NCBI GenBank assembly: GCA_002698785.1
Contig: PAAG01000002.1
Location: 22,601 to 86,600 of the forward strand
DNA length: 64,000 nt
Direction: 5' to 3'
Origin: Verrucomicrobiales bacterium
GTDB taxonomy: Bacteria > Verrucomicrobiota > Verrucomicrobiia > Verrucomicrobiales > DEV007
Below are positions 9,638 through 18,588 of the stretch, piece after piece (position 1 is the stretch's first letter; each line of letters opens with the position of its first letter). Below the pieces are notes generated by a model. That model searched no databases. It was not told the DNA's origin and saw only the letters and a program-made list of their open reading frames with translations. A program made the translations under genes and the position numbers.

Positions 9638-10783
9638 ATGGCCAAAGCGTTTCGCGAGAGCGGATACGAAACGCCGAGCTATGTCCTCGACCACGCGGCT
9701 TATCACCGCAACGGACGCATTCTGAAGGAAGTTCAAGATGCTACTGGCGCTCGCATCATCCTGGCGCAAAAGGCTTTTGCCTGCTTTCACCTCTACCCCA
9801 CCCTTCGTAACTACCTGGCAGGCACAGCTGCCAGCGGTCTTCACGAAGCTCGTCTCGGTGCAGAGGAATTTGGTGGCGAGGTTCACGTATTCTCTCCGGC
9901 CTACAAGCCTAAGGAGATGGCAGAGCTTCTCAAAATCTCTGACCACATTGTCTTCAACTCTCTCAGCCAGTGGACTCGCTACCGCGACGAAGTCTTGGCA
10001 AACACCCGCAAGGTGTCTCCTGGTCTTCGCATTAATCCCGAGTATGCGGAAGCCGTCGCAGAGATCTACAACCCCTGCGCACCTGGCTCTCGATTCGGCG
10101 TTCTCGCTGAATTGATGAACGAGAACGACTTCAAAGGCATCGAAGGACTTCACTTCCACACACTTTGCGAGCAGGGCGCTGACGCGCTTGAGCGTACGCT
10201 CGAAGCAGTGGTCGCGAAATTCGACTGCTGGATCAAGAAAGTGAAATGGGTCAACTTCGGTGGCGGTCATCTCATCACCTCTCCTGGATATGACGTGGAG
10301 CTTCTGATCAAAGTGATCAAAGATTTCCAGGCGAGATATCCTCATCTTCAAATCTACCTCGAACCCGGTGAAGCGATCGCCAGCGATGGCGGCGTTCTGG
10401 TTGGTTCTGTTATCGATATCGTCGAAAACGGAATGCAGGTCGCTGTTCTCGATGTGTCGGCTACAGCTCACATGCCCGACGTATTGGAGATGCCTTATCG
10501 CCCCAGCGTTCTTGGCAGCGGCAAACCCGGCGCCAAGAAATACACCTACCGTTTCGGTGGCCCCACCTGTTTGTCCGGCGACGTGATCGGCGACTACAGC
10601 TTTAACGAACCACTCAAGATCGGAGATCAGATCGTGTTCCACGACATGGCTCACTACACCATCGTCAAGAACACCACCTTCAACGGAGTTCCTCTCCCGA
10701 GCATCTCCATCCTCCAGGAAACTGGTGAAGTCGAACTCATCCGCGAATTCGACTACGACGACTACAAATGTCGTTTGGGATAA
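9638..10783 (+). CDS. nspC: Carboxynorspermidine/carboxyspermidine decarboxylase
   Basis: Alanine racemase-fold decarboxylase motifs (HFHTLCEQ, NFGGGH, GGPTCLSGDVIG). Starting at ATG 9638 gives 381 aa, typical for NspC; an alternative ATG is at 9551. Confidence 0.85.
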   Translation: MAKAFRESGYETPSYVLDHAAYHRNGRILKEVQDATGARIILAQKAFACFHLYPTLRNYLAGTAASGLHEARLGAEEFGGEVHVFSPAYKPKEMAELLKISDHIVFNSLSQWTRYRDEVLANTRKVSPGLRINPEYAEAVAEIYNPCAPGSRFGVLAELMNENDFKGIEGLHFHTLCEQGADALERTLEAVVAKFDCWIKKVKWVNFGGGHLITSPGYDVELLIKVIKDFQARYPHLQIYLEPGEAIASDGGVLVGSVIDIVENGMQVAVLDVSATAHMPDVLEMPYRPSVLGSGKPGAKKYTYRFGGPTCLSGDVIGDYSFNEPLKIGDQIVFHDMAHYTIVKNTTFNGVPLPSISILQETGEVELIREFDYDDYKCRLG

Positions 10784-10815
10784 TCCCTTTTTAAACAGCA
10801 GACAAACTTCGAAAG

Positions 10816-10846
10816 AGCCGGCTCTAGAAATAGAGTCGGCTTTTTT
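10816..10846. terminator. Bidirectional terminator candidate between convergent genes
   Basis: AGCCGGCTCTA-GAAA-TAGAGTCGGCT hairpin with one mismatch, followed by TTTTT. It lies between nspC (+) and the DUF1501 gene (-). Confidence 0.65.
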
Positions 10847-10857
10847 GTGTCTTCACG

Positions 10858-12258
10858 TTACGCAAAGATTCCGTCGACCACTTCGCCGTAGACATCGGTG
10901 AGGCGGAAGTCGCGACCGGCGTATTGGTAGGTCAGCTTTAGGTGGTCGATTCCTAACAGGTGCAGGATGGTGGCGTGCATGTCGTGCATGTGAACTTTGT
11001 CCTTCACGGCGTAGTAGCCGAAGTCGTCGGTCTCGCCGTAGGAGAAGCCACCTTTGACTCCGCCACCAGCCATCCACATGGAAAAGCCCTGCGGGTTGTG
11101 GTCGCGGCCGTCGCCGCCCTGGATGATCGGAGTCCGTCCAAACTCGCCGCCCCAGACGACCAATGTATCTTCCAAAAGCCCACGCTGTTTGAGATCGGTC
11201 AGCAGACCGGAGATCGGTTTGTCTACGGCGAGAGCGTTCTTGGTATGGCCTTTCACGAGTCCGCCATGCTGATCCCAAACATTCGGAGTCGATACCTGGA
11301 TGTAGCGAACACCTGCCTCTGCAAAGCGACGAGCCATGAGACACTGGCGTCCGTAGGTGTCGGTCTCCTTGGTGCCGATTCCATACATCTCTTTGATGTG
11401 CTCGGGCTCGTCTTTGGTGTCAATGACAGGAGGAGCCGAGGCCTGCATCCGATAGGCCATCTCCATGGATTGAATCATGCCCTCGACTGGAGCGTATTTC
11501 GTACGCTCGTAGTGCTCGCGATTCATCTTCTGCAGGAAGGCCAGCTTCTTCGCCTGCACATCATCGGATGATTTCGCTTTGAGGAACTTGAAGGTCGCGT
11601 TCTCATCGAGCTTTCCATTTCCACCGATCGTTGTCGCCTGATGCGCCGCCGGCAAAAAGGCCGAACCGTAGTTACGCGGTCCGCCGTGAGATGCCGAAGG
11701 ACTGATACTGACAAACCCGGGAAGATCGCTGTTCTCCGTTCCGAGACCGTAGCTCACCCATGAGCCTACTGACGGACGCACAAAGTTATCGGTTCCTGTA
11801 TGAAGCATGCAGACAGCTTGACCGTGTGACTGCCCCTTGCTTTGCATCGAACGCATTAAGCACAGGTCGTCAGCGTGCTGTGCCGTGTGTGGAAAGAGAT
11901 CGCTGATCCAGAGGCCTGACTGCCCTCGCTGCTTGAACTCCCACGCCGAGCCCATCAACTTCGCCTGCCGCGTTGCTGATGGATCGAGGTTTTTCGCTGG
12001 AGCGAATGGAAGCTTGCCGCCGTCTCGCTTATTCAGTTCCGGCTTGTAGTCGAAAGAGTCCACATGCGAGGGACCACCGTGCATGAACAGAAAAATCACA
12101 CGCTTAGCACGTGGCGCATGGTGATACCCCTGTCCGGCTGCTTGTGCCATTCCTGACAATGCCATAGCCCCGAACCCACAGCCCGCGGCTTGGAGCAGCT
12201 TTCTCCGAGACCAGGTCGGAGCGTCGAAATGATTGCATGCGGTATTGAAGGGGCTCAT
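10858..12258 (-). CDS. DUF1501 (sulfatase-like) domain protein with Tat-type signal
   Basis: N-terminal [18 protein letters not shown]. Conserved blocks: [28 protein letters not shown]-like ([10 protein letters not shown]), [17 protein letters not shown]. Paralogue of 54747-56129. Confidence 0.9.
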   Translation of the reverse strand: MSPFNTACNHFDAPTWSRRKLLQAAGCGFGAMALSGMAQAAGQGYHHAPRAKRVIFLFMHGGPSHVDSFDYKPELNKRDGGKLPFAPAKNLDPSATRQAKLMGSAWEFKQRGQSGLWISDLFPHTAQHADDLCLMRSMQSKGQSHGQAVCMLHTGTDNFVRPSVGSWVSYGLGTENSDLPGFVSISPSASHGGPRNYGSAFLPAAHQATTIGGNGKLDENATFKFLKAKSSDDVQAKKLAFLQKMNREHYERTKYAPVEGMIQSMEMAYRMQASAPPVIDTKDEPEHIKEMYGIGTKETDTYGRQCLMARRFAEAGVRYIQVSTPNVWDQHGGLVKGHTKNALAVDKPISGLLTDLKQRGLLEDTLVVWGGEFGRTPIIQGGDGRDHNPQGFSMWMAGGGVKGGFSYGETDDFGYYAVKDKVHMHDMHATILHLLGIDHLKLTYQYAGRDFRLTDVYGEVVDGIFA

Positions 12259-12259
12259 A

Positions 12260-15133
12260 TCAATCGAGGTAAAGAAATTCAGTCGAAGCCATCAGCACGT
12301 GGGCCAGCTCTCCGCAGGCTTCCTTGATGTCTTCCGGGTATTCGCTCGCTCCACTCAGCGCAGCGATTAATCCAAGGGAACGCTGCATCTCAGCATCCGA
12401 AGGAGCACGTCCGAGAAGCGAGCGATACAGCCATTTCACTTCCTCTCCGGGAAGCTTCGCATTTTCCATGGCCAGCACTCCGAGCTTCTCCGCCTGCTCG
12501 TGCACGAAGTCGCTGTTTAAAAGGTAGAGTGCCTGCGTAGGAACCGTGGTTTGGTTGCGGCGTCCGGATACCACATCCGGATTCGCTGCGTCGAAAACGG
12601 CGAGCTCTGTAGCCGCGTTGTTTCGGGCCACCGGCAGATACACAGTTCGCTTCTGGTATTTGGAAAAGGAGAACGGTTTGTCCAGATCGATCCCGAAAGG
12701 AGTCGCGGTCGCCTTGCCCTTCTCTCGGTCCAGCTCACCTGACAGGGCCAGAACGCTGTCCCGGATTTCTTCCGCAGTCAGTCGTCGGCGATTCTGTTTT
12801 CCGAAAAGCTGATTGGTGGGATCCACCTTCACCAGCTCGTCGGTTGGGTTACAGCTCAATCGGTAGGCATGACTTAGCACGAGCTCGCGCACCATCGTTT
12901 TCACCGACCCATTGTTCGCACGGAACTCAGCGGCGAGGTAGTCGAGCAGTTCAGGATGAGTTGGTCCTGTTCCCAATCGCCCAAAGTTGTCGACCGTTGC
13001 CACAATGCCCCGCCCGAAAAGGTGGTGCCAGATTCGATTGACCATGACGCGGTCTAACAAAGCATTCTCCTCACTCACCATCCACTCGGCGAGTTCCATG
13101 CGCCCGCTATCACCTTCTGCGATCTGGGGAGCGTCACCAGTGTGAAGGACTTGGAGGAAATTGCGCGGGATCTTGTCCCCGAGTTGCCCGACCTCACCGC
13201 GCACTCGCAAATTGATGTCGTCCGAGTTCTTCGCATCGCGTGGAGCCATCGCGACCTCCGCGTCTTTCAGCTCTCCGATGAGGCGATTCAGCTCTTTCTT
13301 CAGATCGCCCTCACTCATGAGGTGGAGGGCATCTTTGTCCCCGCCCATTCCTGATAGCGCTTTCGCTTCTCGCTCGATGTCATTCACCGGAATGAACTGC
13401 ACCGCATCGACGATCACAAAGCTGCCTTCGGTGCCTGTCGTCTCGACGATGACCTGGCACTTCCCGCCCTTTTCAAAGGTGAAACGTCCCACTGGTTCGA
13501 ACAGGCCGCCGATCGACGGCTTCTTTGTTTCATCGAGATACACGCGGTGATCACCATCGCGAGCCTCGACTTTGATTGGCACATTCTTCGCCCGGTTCGC
13601 CTCGGCACTGTAGGCGAGACGAATCTCATACTCCCCGCTCTCAGGGAGGCTTCCTCGGAAAATGGCGCAGTTCGTTCCTTTGCCTGGAGCATCGTTTTCA
13701 TCCACGATATATCCGTCGCCGAAACGATTGCCGGACAGACTCGACTTTCGCCACGGCCCAATCAACTCGGCATCGGCTTCGTCATAAATCACGCCCGCGA
13801 GAGGTAGATTATCGAGAGACATCTTGCCTCCCGCTTTCTTCATGAAACTCTTCTCCACCGTCAGTCGCATCGCCAGCTCGAGGCGCTCAACCGTTGCCTT
13901 GGTCTTTTCGGCTTCCGGTCCCTCCATCGGCAATGGGCGCTCGATCCAGCTCGCGACATTTACACATCCGTTCCGCGTGCCGGTGACCACTTCCGTAGAA
14001 CGGAAAATCCCGGCCATCGCATAGTAGTCCTCCTGCGAAACAGGATCGAACTTGTGATCGTGACAACGGGCACACCCGAGTGTCAGGCCGAGAAACGCGC
14101 GACCGGTCGTGTCCAGCTGCTCGTCTGCCGTGTCGAGCCAGAGCTTTTCCTTGTCGCGCTCGGTAAGCATCTTCGGACCGAGTGCAAGAAAAGTCGACGC
14201 AACCAACTGTTCGCGTCGCTCTTCTGGACTTGCCGCATGCATCAGGTCGCCAGCCAGCTGCATCCTGACAAAATCATAGTAGGACACATCTTTGTTGAAG
14301 GCATCGATCACCCAGTTCCGATACCGCCATGCCTGGTAGAAAGTGAAGTTTCGGTCGCCACCGTTCGAGTCAGCATACCGAGCAACGTCCAGCCAGTGCC
14401 GCCCCCACTTTTCGCCAAAGCCCGGACGCGACAGAAGATCGTCCACGATCGCCGCAAGCGATTCGCGTGAGGGATCGGCGACAAAAGCATCTACTTCCTC
14501 AGGAGTCGGAGGAAGCCCGATCAAATCGAAATACAAACGTCGCAGAAGCACAGCGGGCTCCGCATCCGAGGTAGGTTTCACCCCTGCCTCTTCCAGGTTC
14601 GCCAAGATGAATCGATCCGTCTCCGTATCGGCCCATTCCGAGTTCGGCACAGATGGCACTTCTGCTTTTTCGATAGGACGGTAGGCCCAGCCTTGGCGAG
14701 CAGCCTCAAAATCAATCTCATCCTGCACCGCACCAGCGAGCGCTTCGTCACGTGGGTCTGGAGCACCCATGGCGATCCAATCTTCCAGGATCTTCACCTC
14801 TTCGTCCGAGAGCTTGCTCTTCGGTGGCATCTGCAAATCCTCATCAGCATATCGGATCGAGTGAATGAACAGACTCCCATCGACATCCCCCGGAACGATG
14901 GATGCGCCGGCGTCACCACCGATCGCCCAGCCCGCTTTGCGATCCAGCCACAGGCCGCCCTTTTGCTTCCCCGCTTCCTCCGAGTGGCACTCGTAGCAAC
15001 GCTGTACCAGGATGGGTCGGACTTTGTTCTCAAAATAGGCGAAGCCTTCTGTTCCTTCCGAGGGAACGATTGTCAGAAAGCCTGTAGCTACGGCCAGGCC
15101 AAAGCCGGAAGCGATGCGGGGGAAATTCGCCAT
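12260..15133 (-). CDS. PSCyt1/DUF1549/DUF1553 (PSD1-type) protein
   Basis: [19 protein letters not shown] (planctomycete cytochrome c motif), [16 protein letters not shown] (DUF1549) and [18 protein letters not shown] (DUF1553). Its stop lies 1 nt before the DUF1501 start. Confidence 0.9.
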   Translation of the reverse strand: MANFPRIASGFGLAVATGFLTIVPSEGTEGFAYFENKVRPILVQRCYECHSEEAGKQKGGLWLDRKAGWAIGGDAGASIVPGDVDGSLFIHSIRYADEDLQMPPKSKLSDEEVKILEDWIAMGAPDPRDEALAGAVQDEIDFEAARQGWAYRPIEKAEVPSVPNSEWADTETDRFILANLEEAGVKPTSDAEPAVLLRRLYFDLIGLPPTPEEVDAFVADPSRESLAAIVDDLLSRPGFGEKWGRHWLDVARYADSNGGDRNFTFYQAWRYRNWVIDAFNKDVSYYDFVRMQLAGDLMHAASPEERREQLVASTFLALGPKMLTERDKEKLWLDTADEQLDTTGRAFLGLTLGCARCHDHKFDPVSQEDYYAMAGIFRSTEVVTGTRNGCVNVASWIERPLPMEGPEAEKTKATVERLELAMRLTVEKSFMKKAGGKMSLDNLPLAGVIYDEADAELIGPWRKSSLSGNRFGDGYIVDENDAPGKGTNCAIFRGSLPESGEYEIRLAYSAEANRAKNVPIKVEARDGDHRVYLDETKKPSIGGLFEPVGRFTFEKGGKCQVIVETTGTEGSFVIVDAVQFIPVNDIEREAKALSGMGGDKDALHLMSEGDLKKELNRLIGELKDAEVAMAPRDAKNSDDINLRVRGEVGQLGDKIPRNFLQVLHTGDAPQIAEGDSGRMELAEWMVSEENALLDRVMVNRIWHHLFGRGIVATVDNFGRLGTGPTHPELLDYLAAEFRANNGSVKTMVRELVLSHAYRLSCNPTDELVKVDPTNQLFGKQNRRRLTAEEIRDSVLALSGELDREKGKATATPFGIDLDKPFSFSKYQKRTVYLPVARNNAATELAVFDAANPDVVSGRRNQTTVPTQALYLLNSDFVHEQAEKLGVLAMENAKLPGEEVKWLYRSLLGRAPSDAEMQRSLGLIAALSGASEYPEDIKEACGELAHVLMASTEFLYLD

Positions 15134-15229
15134 TCTACAAGAATAAGTCGATTGCCCGGTATTTCGGACAGCTTAACCGTGGCGCGATCGGGCCAGACGG
15201 TGTCCAATCGAAACGCCCAAAATACCGGT

Positions 15230-15290
15230 CATTTTCGGTGCATTTTCCCTCATTCTGCTCATTTCGGGACATTTTCGCCTCATCCATCCC
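15230..15290. repeat. Six helically phased CAT(T)TTC direct repeats
   Basis: The repeats are CATTTTCGGTG / CATTTTCCCT / CATTCTGCT / CATTTCGGGA / CATTTTCGCCT / CATCCATCCC. They start at 15230, 15241, 15251, 15260, 15270 and 15281, a spacing of 9-11 bp. Confidence 0.7.
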
Positions 15291-15309
15291 CCGCCAAATC
15301 AGGGGCTCT

Positions 15310-15360
15310 GGTGAAAATGATGGGAAAAGATGGGGTTTTCCGTTTTCCATCATTTTGGTG
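15310..15360. repeat. Imperfect inverted repeat built from the same GAAAATG/CATTTTC unit
   Basis: GGTGAAAATGATGGGAAAAG (15310-15329) faces CGTTTTCCATCATTTTGGTG (15341-15360). The core AAAATGATGG(G)AAAA is complementary. Confidence 0.65.
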
Positions 15361-15731
15361 TGGGCGGCGGATATTTTGAGGAGAAAGGAAACTCAGGGAG
15401 AAGATTGCATGCCTCCATTCTAACGGAACACCAATAAAATGTCGAGCTTAGGAGGCATCCACTGGGATTTCGCGGACTGGGAATGATTTTGAGATGGAAT
15501 GGGGCATCGCGCTCAGCGCAGGGCAGATGTCCAAATTCTTTTGGACCTCTTGATTGCTATTTTGCATCTCTCTCCATAGCACGACATCGTCCTGAAATCA
15601 CCTTCACCCCTTAGTTTGTGTTATTTAGAGATTTACACATCAATCCTCCAAGAGACAACTTGGCTATTGTTTCCTGTTACGTTTCCCTATATTGATATTC
15701 GGTTCCTATAATACTACTGTTATCCCTAAAA

Positions 15732-16130
15732 ATGGCCTACCAGATTCACATCATCCCGCGCGAAGACCTTCAGACTGCCGATACTTGGAAATTCGTTGTC
15801 GACGAGTGTGAGGGCGTTCGTTTGGCGTCTGGTGAAGGCAGCGTTGTCGTTAATCCGAAAACCGGAGAGGAGATCCGTATTGGTGGTTCCTCTACTGATG
15901 CAGAGATTCATTTCCCTGATGAGGATGCTTGGTATCCAGCTCTATTCTGGAGACGCGGACGCGCATCGATCAATGCCAGGTTTGAGATGGGGGACGAGAC
16001 AGATCCCGCATGGCGCGTTGTCAGTTGGCTTGCACAGCGTCTTGACGGTGAGATCCAAGGTGACGAAGGCGAGGTGTTTGATTGTGTGACCGGTCAGATG
16101 GTCCGTGATCATTTGGGACGGGACGTGTGA
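15732..16130 (+). CDS. Hypothetical small acidic protein
   Basis: 132-aa ORF with no recognised motif. It is the first ORF of the same-strand run. Confidence 0.55.
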   Translation: MAYQIHIIPREDLQTADTWKFVVDECEGVRLASGEGSVVVNPKTGEEIRIGGSSTDAEIHFPDEDAWYPALFWRRGRASINARFEMGDETDPAWRVVSWLAQRLDGEIQGDEGEVFDCVTGQMVRDHLGRDV

Positions 16131-16264
16131 CCAAAACCGGGGAGAAAAAGCCGGAGATGGCAAGCCCGATCCCGCCGCGAGTTGATTGACTTCTGAAATA
16201 GGAATCCTTACTCTGAGTTCGAGATCGCACTCCTACATGGGCGGGGATCTCTTGAACGTTCGGC
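16131..16264 (+). repeat. Inter-ORF repeat copy 1 (about 134 nt)
   Basis: Starts right after the TGA. Its 5' part (CCAAAACCGGGGAGAAAAAGCCGGAGATGGCAAGCCC) is homologous to 16665-16702. It contains internal GGAATCCTTA and ends in CTTGAACGTTCGGC, 13 nt before ATG 16278. Confidence 0.7.
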
Positions 16265-16277
16265 TGAAAAAATACTC

Positions 16278-16724
16278 ATGAGACTATTCTGTATCGCGAT
16301 CACCGTTTACTGTTCGAGTTTGTTGCTCGCTGACGAAAAGGCTGTCCCCCACTCCTCACATAGGAATTCCAGTCCACTCAGTAATTCGGGCATCGGAGCC
16401 GTAGTCGACAAAGATCGACAGACCGGTAATTTGAAGGTTTTTAAAACGGTGGAAGGCGGCCCAGCCGCAAAAGCTGGATTGCTTGCTAATGATGAGATCG
16501 TAGCGATCGACTCGGAGGATACGACGGAAATGAGTTTGGAAGTAGCAGTCAGATTGTTGCGAGGAAAACAGGGCACCGCAGTAAGACTTGCCGTAAAGCG
16601 CTCTGGTGTGCCCGATATCATTCAATACAAAGTTACTCGCCAAATTCTCCCTCAACCGTCGCCAGCAAAACCGGTGCCGAACAAGCCAGCGATGGCAAGC
16701 CCTAGACCGTTTCGTCCCGGTTGA
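16278..16724 (+). CDS. Secreted PDZ-domain protein
   Basis: Signal-like N-terminus and a PDZ core (GIGAVVDKDRQTGNLKVFKTVEGGPAAKAGLLANDEIVAIDSEDT...LRGKQGTAVRLAVKR). The last ~18 codons lie inside repeat copy 2. Confidence 0.75.
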   Translation: MRLFCIAITVYCSSLLLADEKAVPHSSHRNSSPLSNSGIGAVVDKDRQTGNLKVFKTVEGGPAAKAGLLANDEIVAIDSEDTTEMSLEVAVRLLRGKQGTAVRLAVKRSGVPDIIQYKVTRQILPQPSPAKPVPNKPAMASPRPFRPG

Positions 16725-16800
16725 GTGTTGTATTTCGAATCCTTAATTTGCTAACGAAGTTGCGGTCTCGTCCCGGGCTGCCATGCTTCGAACGTTCGGC
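16665..16800 (+). repeat. Inter-ORF repeat copy 2, the best attC-like candidate (core 16676-16800, 125 nt)
   Basis: GCCGAAC (16676-16682) is the exact reverse complement of GTTCGGC (16794-16800). The inner stem pairs GCGATGGCAAGCCC (16689-16702) with GGGCTGCCATGC (16775-16786), leaving two single bulged bases. Further inner pairs are AGACCG/CGGTCT and TTTCGT/ACGAAG. Confidence 0.6.
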
Positions 16801-16806
16801 TCAGCA

Positions 16807-17151
16807 ATGGCTCTACTAAAGACAGTTCACTGGCGATTTCGGTGCCCCAAGCAAATTGATGGAGTTGCTAAAGATTTCGTCGAGTGGATCAGCCGAGATA
16901 TTGATCCTTCAAATCTCGATTTTGATTCTGCATTTGTCGAATTCCACGATCCGTGGTTTGCATGGCGAAGAATGATCGCTACGCGGTATGGTATTGCATC
17001 GAATTACAGATCGCCGAACGGAGTTCCTGCTAAACCGGCTTGGAATCGGAAGCTTCGTAAGCGGAATAGCGATCTGACACCTGAGCAGCTTGTCGAGCGG
17101 GTCTTCGAGAGAGTCGTTGTTCGTCTGAGGCGCACCAAACTGTCCCACTGA
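16807..17151 (+). CDS. Hypothetical protein
   Basis: ORF with no recognised domain. The start is placed at ATG 16807, just after the repeat end; the tracked start 16783 lies inside the repeat. Confidence 0.5.
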   Translation: MALLKTVHWRFRCPKQIDGVAKDFVEWISRDIDPSNLDFDSAFVEFHDPWFAWRRMIATRYGIASNYRSPNGVPAKPAWNRKLRKRNSDLTPEQLVERVFERVVVRLRRTKLSH

Positions 17152-17283
17152 ACAAGTCGAATAATGTTCTGGAGAGAAATCGCCTACCCACTCCGACTCG
17201 ACGCTCTTTGACAATTAGAATCCTCACCCTCGGCTCCAAGGCTCGCCTCCCGGTTGGTGATCCCTAAGCTTTGAACGTTCGGC
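17147..17283 (+). repeat. Inter-ORF repeat copy 3 (about 137 nt)
   Basis: ACTGAAC-AAG overlaps the stop codon (compare GCCGAAC-AAG in copy 2). CTGGAGAGAAATCGCC resembles CCGGGGAGAAAAAGCC of copy 1. It contains internal AGAATCCTCA and ends in CTTTGAACGTTCGGC, 12 nt before ATG 17296. Confidence 0.65.
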
Positions 17284-17295
17284 AAAACAATTTCC

Positions 17296-18003
17296 ATGTA
17301 TACCCCTCCAAACTTCAGGATCGACGACCGAGAGGTAATTCGTCAATTCATCAGCGAAAACTCGTTGGGTCTGTTGTTGTCGGTCCGGGATGGAGTCATC
17401 CATGACACCCACACTCCATTCCTTATTTCCGATTGTGGACAGCATCTCCTCGGACACATAGCCAGAGCCAACGCCCACTGGCATGACTGGGAAGAGGACT
17501 CAACTGCGAAGGTTATTTTTACTGGTCCGCACGCCTACGTTTCCCCGCGTTACTACGAATCAGAATTCGCGGTGCCCACCTGGAACTACACAGCCGTTTC
17601 CATTTCGGGCCGAATCGCTTTGATCGAAAAAACCGAAGCCAAACTCGATTTTCTGGATAGGCTCACGTCTGCCAACGAGTCCTCCGATAGCCCATGGACT
17701 CTGGATCGATCCGACGAACGATATCTCAACCTGCTTTCCGGTATCGTAGTTTTTTCGGTATCGATCGATTCGATTGAGGCTTCATTCAAACTGAACCAGA
17801 ATAAGAGTATTGAAGATCAACGGAAGGTGGTCGCATCGTTGACTGAGACAGGATGTCCGTTTGACCACGCTGTCGCGTTGCTTATGGAGAACAACATAGC
17901 CGATGCCGAGCAGGACGGTGGCGGGGAATCGGCAGCCCGCACCAAATCAGATCTGAAGAGTGGCGACAAACCTCAACCAGAATCGGAGGGAGGCGCCCGG
18001 TAG
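17296..18003 (+). CDS. PaiB-family FMN-binding putative transcriptional regulator
   Basis: MYTPPNFRIDDREVIRQFISENSLGLLLS, YVSPRYY and FKLNQNK blocks are typical of PaiB. The ~30-aa low-complexity C-terminal tail extends into a degenerate repeat copy. Confidence 0.8.
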   Translation: MYTPPNFRIDDREVIRQFISENSLGLLLSVRDGVIHDTHTPFLISDCGQHLLGHIARANAHWHDWEEDSTAKVIFTGPHAYVSPRYYESEFAVPTWNYTAVSISGRIALIEKTEAKLDFLDRLTSANESSDSPWTLDRSDERYLNLLSGIVVFSVSIDSIEASFKLNQNKSIEDQRKVVASLTETGCPFDHAVALLMENNIADAEQDGGGESAARTKSDLKSGDKPQPESEGGAR

Positions 18004-18035
18004 CGGGTGCCGGGCCTCAAACGTTCTGCAACAAT

Positions 18036-18479
18036 ATGCGAAATGCGGTCGCAATATCGATCATTCTAATCAGCGCGGTCGGGCTCTTCTTTGCCCTGGG
18101 TTGGTTGGGCATGCTTCCTCGAAGCCGGGTTATCGTTGTTCCTGATGGTTTCACCGGAGAGGTTGTCATCGCGTATCACCCAACCATTGGAAAGTCATTC
18201 AACGGCCGCCCTTTCAATTTTGGGACGACACGCATCATTATTCCCGAGGATGGAAATCTGATCATCTCTGATTGGGACGAGTTCGGAGGAATGAGTTCTG
18301 AAAAGTATATCAGGCAAGATGGGACCATTCTCGGTGGGACTCACCCATGGGCCGGAACTTCCAAAATCAAGACGAAAGGAACAATGGGGCGGAATCCGGG
18401 GGATGATGAACCTTTTCTAAAATCAGCAATGTTGGATGACGATTCTGTCATGTATTCGGGCTTCACCGTCCTAAAATAA
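18036..18479 (+). CDS. Hypothetical membrane-anchored protein
   Basis: Single N-terminal TM helix and no recognised domain. AAACGTTCTGC (18019-18029) lies 6 nt upstream of the ATG. Confidence 0.5.
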   Translation: MRNAVAISIILISAVGLFFALGWLGMLPRSRVIVVPDGFTGEVVIAYHPTIGKSFNGRPFNFGTTRIIIPEDGNLIISDWDEFGGMSSEKYIRQDGTILGGTHPWAGTSKIKTKGTMGRNPGDDEPFLKSAMLDDDSVMYSGFTVLK

Positions 18480-18588
18480 CTCGAGCCCAACAAACCTCTC
18501 TACCCCGCGCCAAGTCAAAAACGCGCTCCTGCAAACATTCGATGAAAGAAACTGGCTGATCCCCCGGTAGCGTTTCTCATACCTTCGA

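Noticed and set aside
9548-10654. 368-aa antisense ORF inside nspC. Similar long shadow ORFs occur at 85-705, 7115-7990, 24065-25012, 32045-32836, 37013-37747, 43767-44672 and 55371-56105.
   Set aside because: They lie opposite genes with strong family motifs. Their translations are Arg/Ser/Leu-rich with no recognisable domains, which is typical of shadow ORFs.
15230-15290. Possible CRISPR array, because of the regular short repeats
   Set aside because: The repeat period is only about 10 bp, with no spacers of CRISPR size. No cas genes are present.
15134-15731. Remnant of an integron integrase or other recombinase upstream of the cassette-like run
   Set aside because: Translations in all frames (e.g. 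ORFs 15135-15353 and 15238-15423) show no tyrosine-recombinase motifs. The region looks non-coding.
16786-16800. CGAACGTTCG as a LexA/SOS box
   Set aside because: The Gram-positive LexA box is CGAAC-N4-GTTCG. The Verrucomicrobia LexA motif I recall is TGTTC-N4-GAACA. Here the half-sites abut with no spacer, and the downstream genes are not SOS-type.
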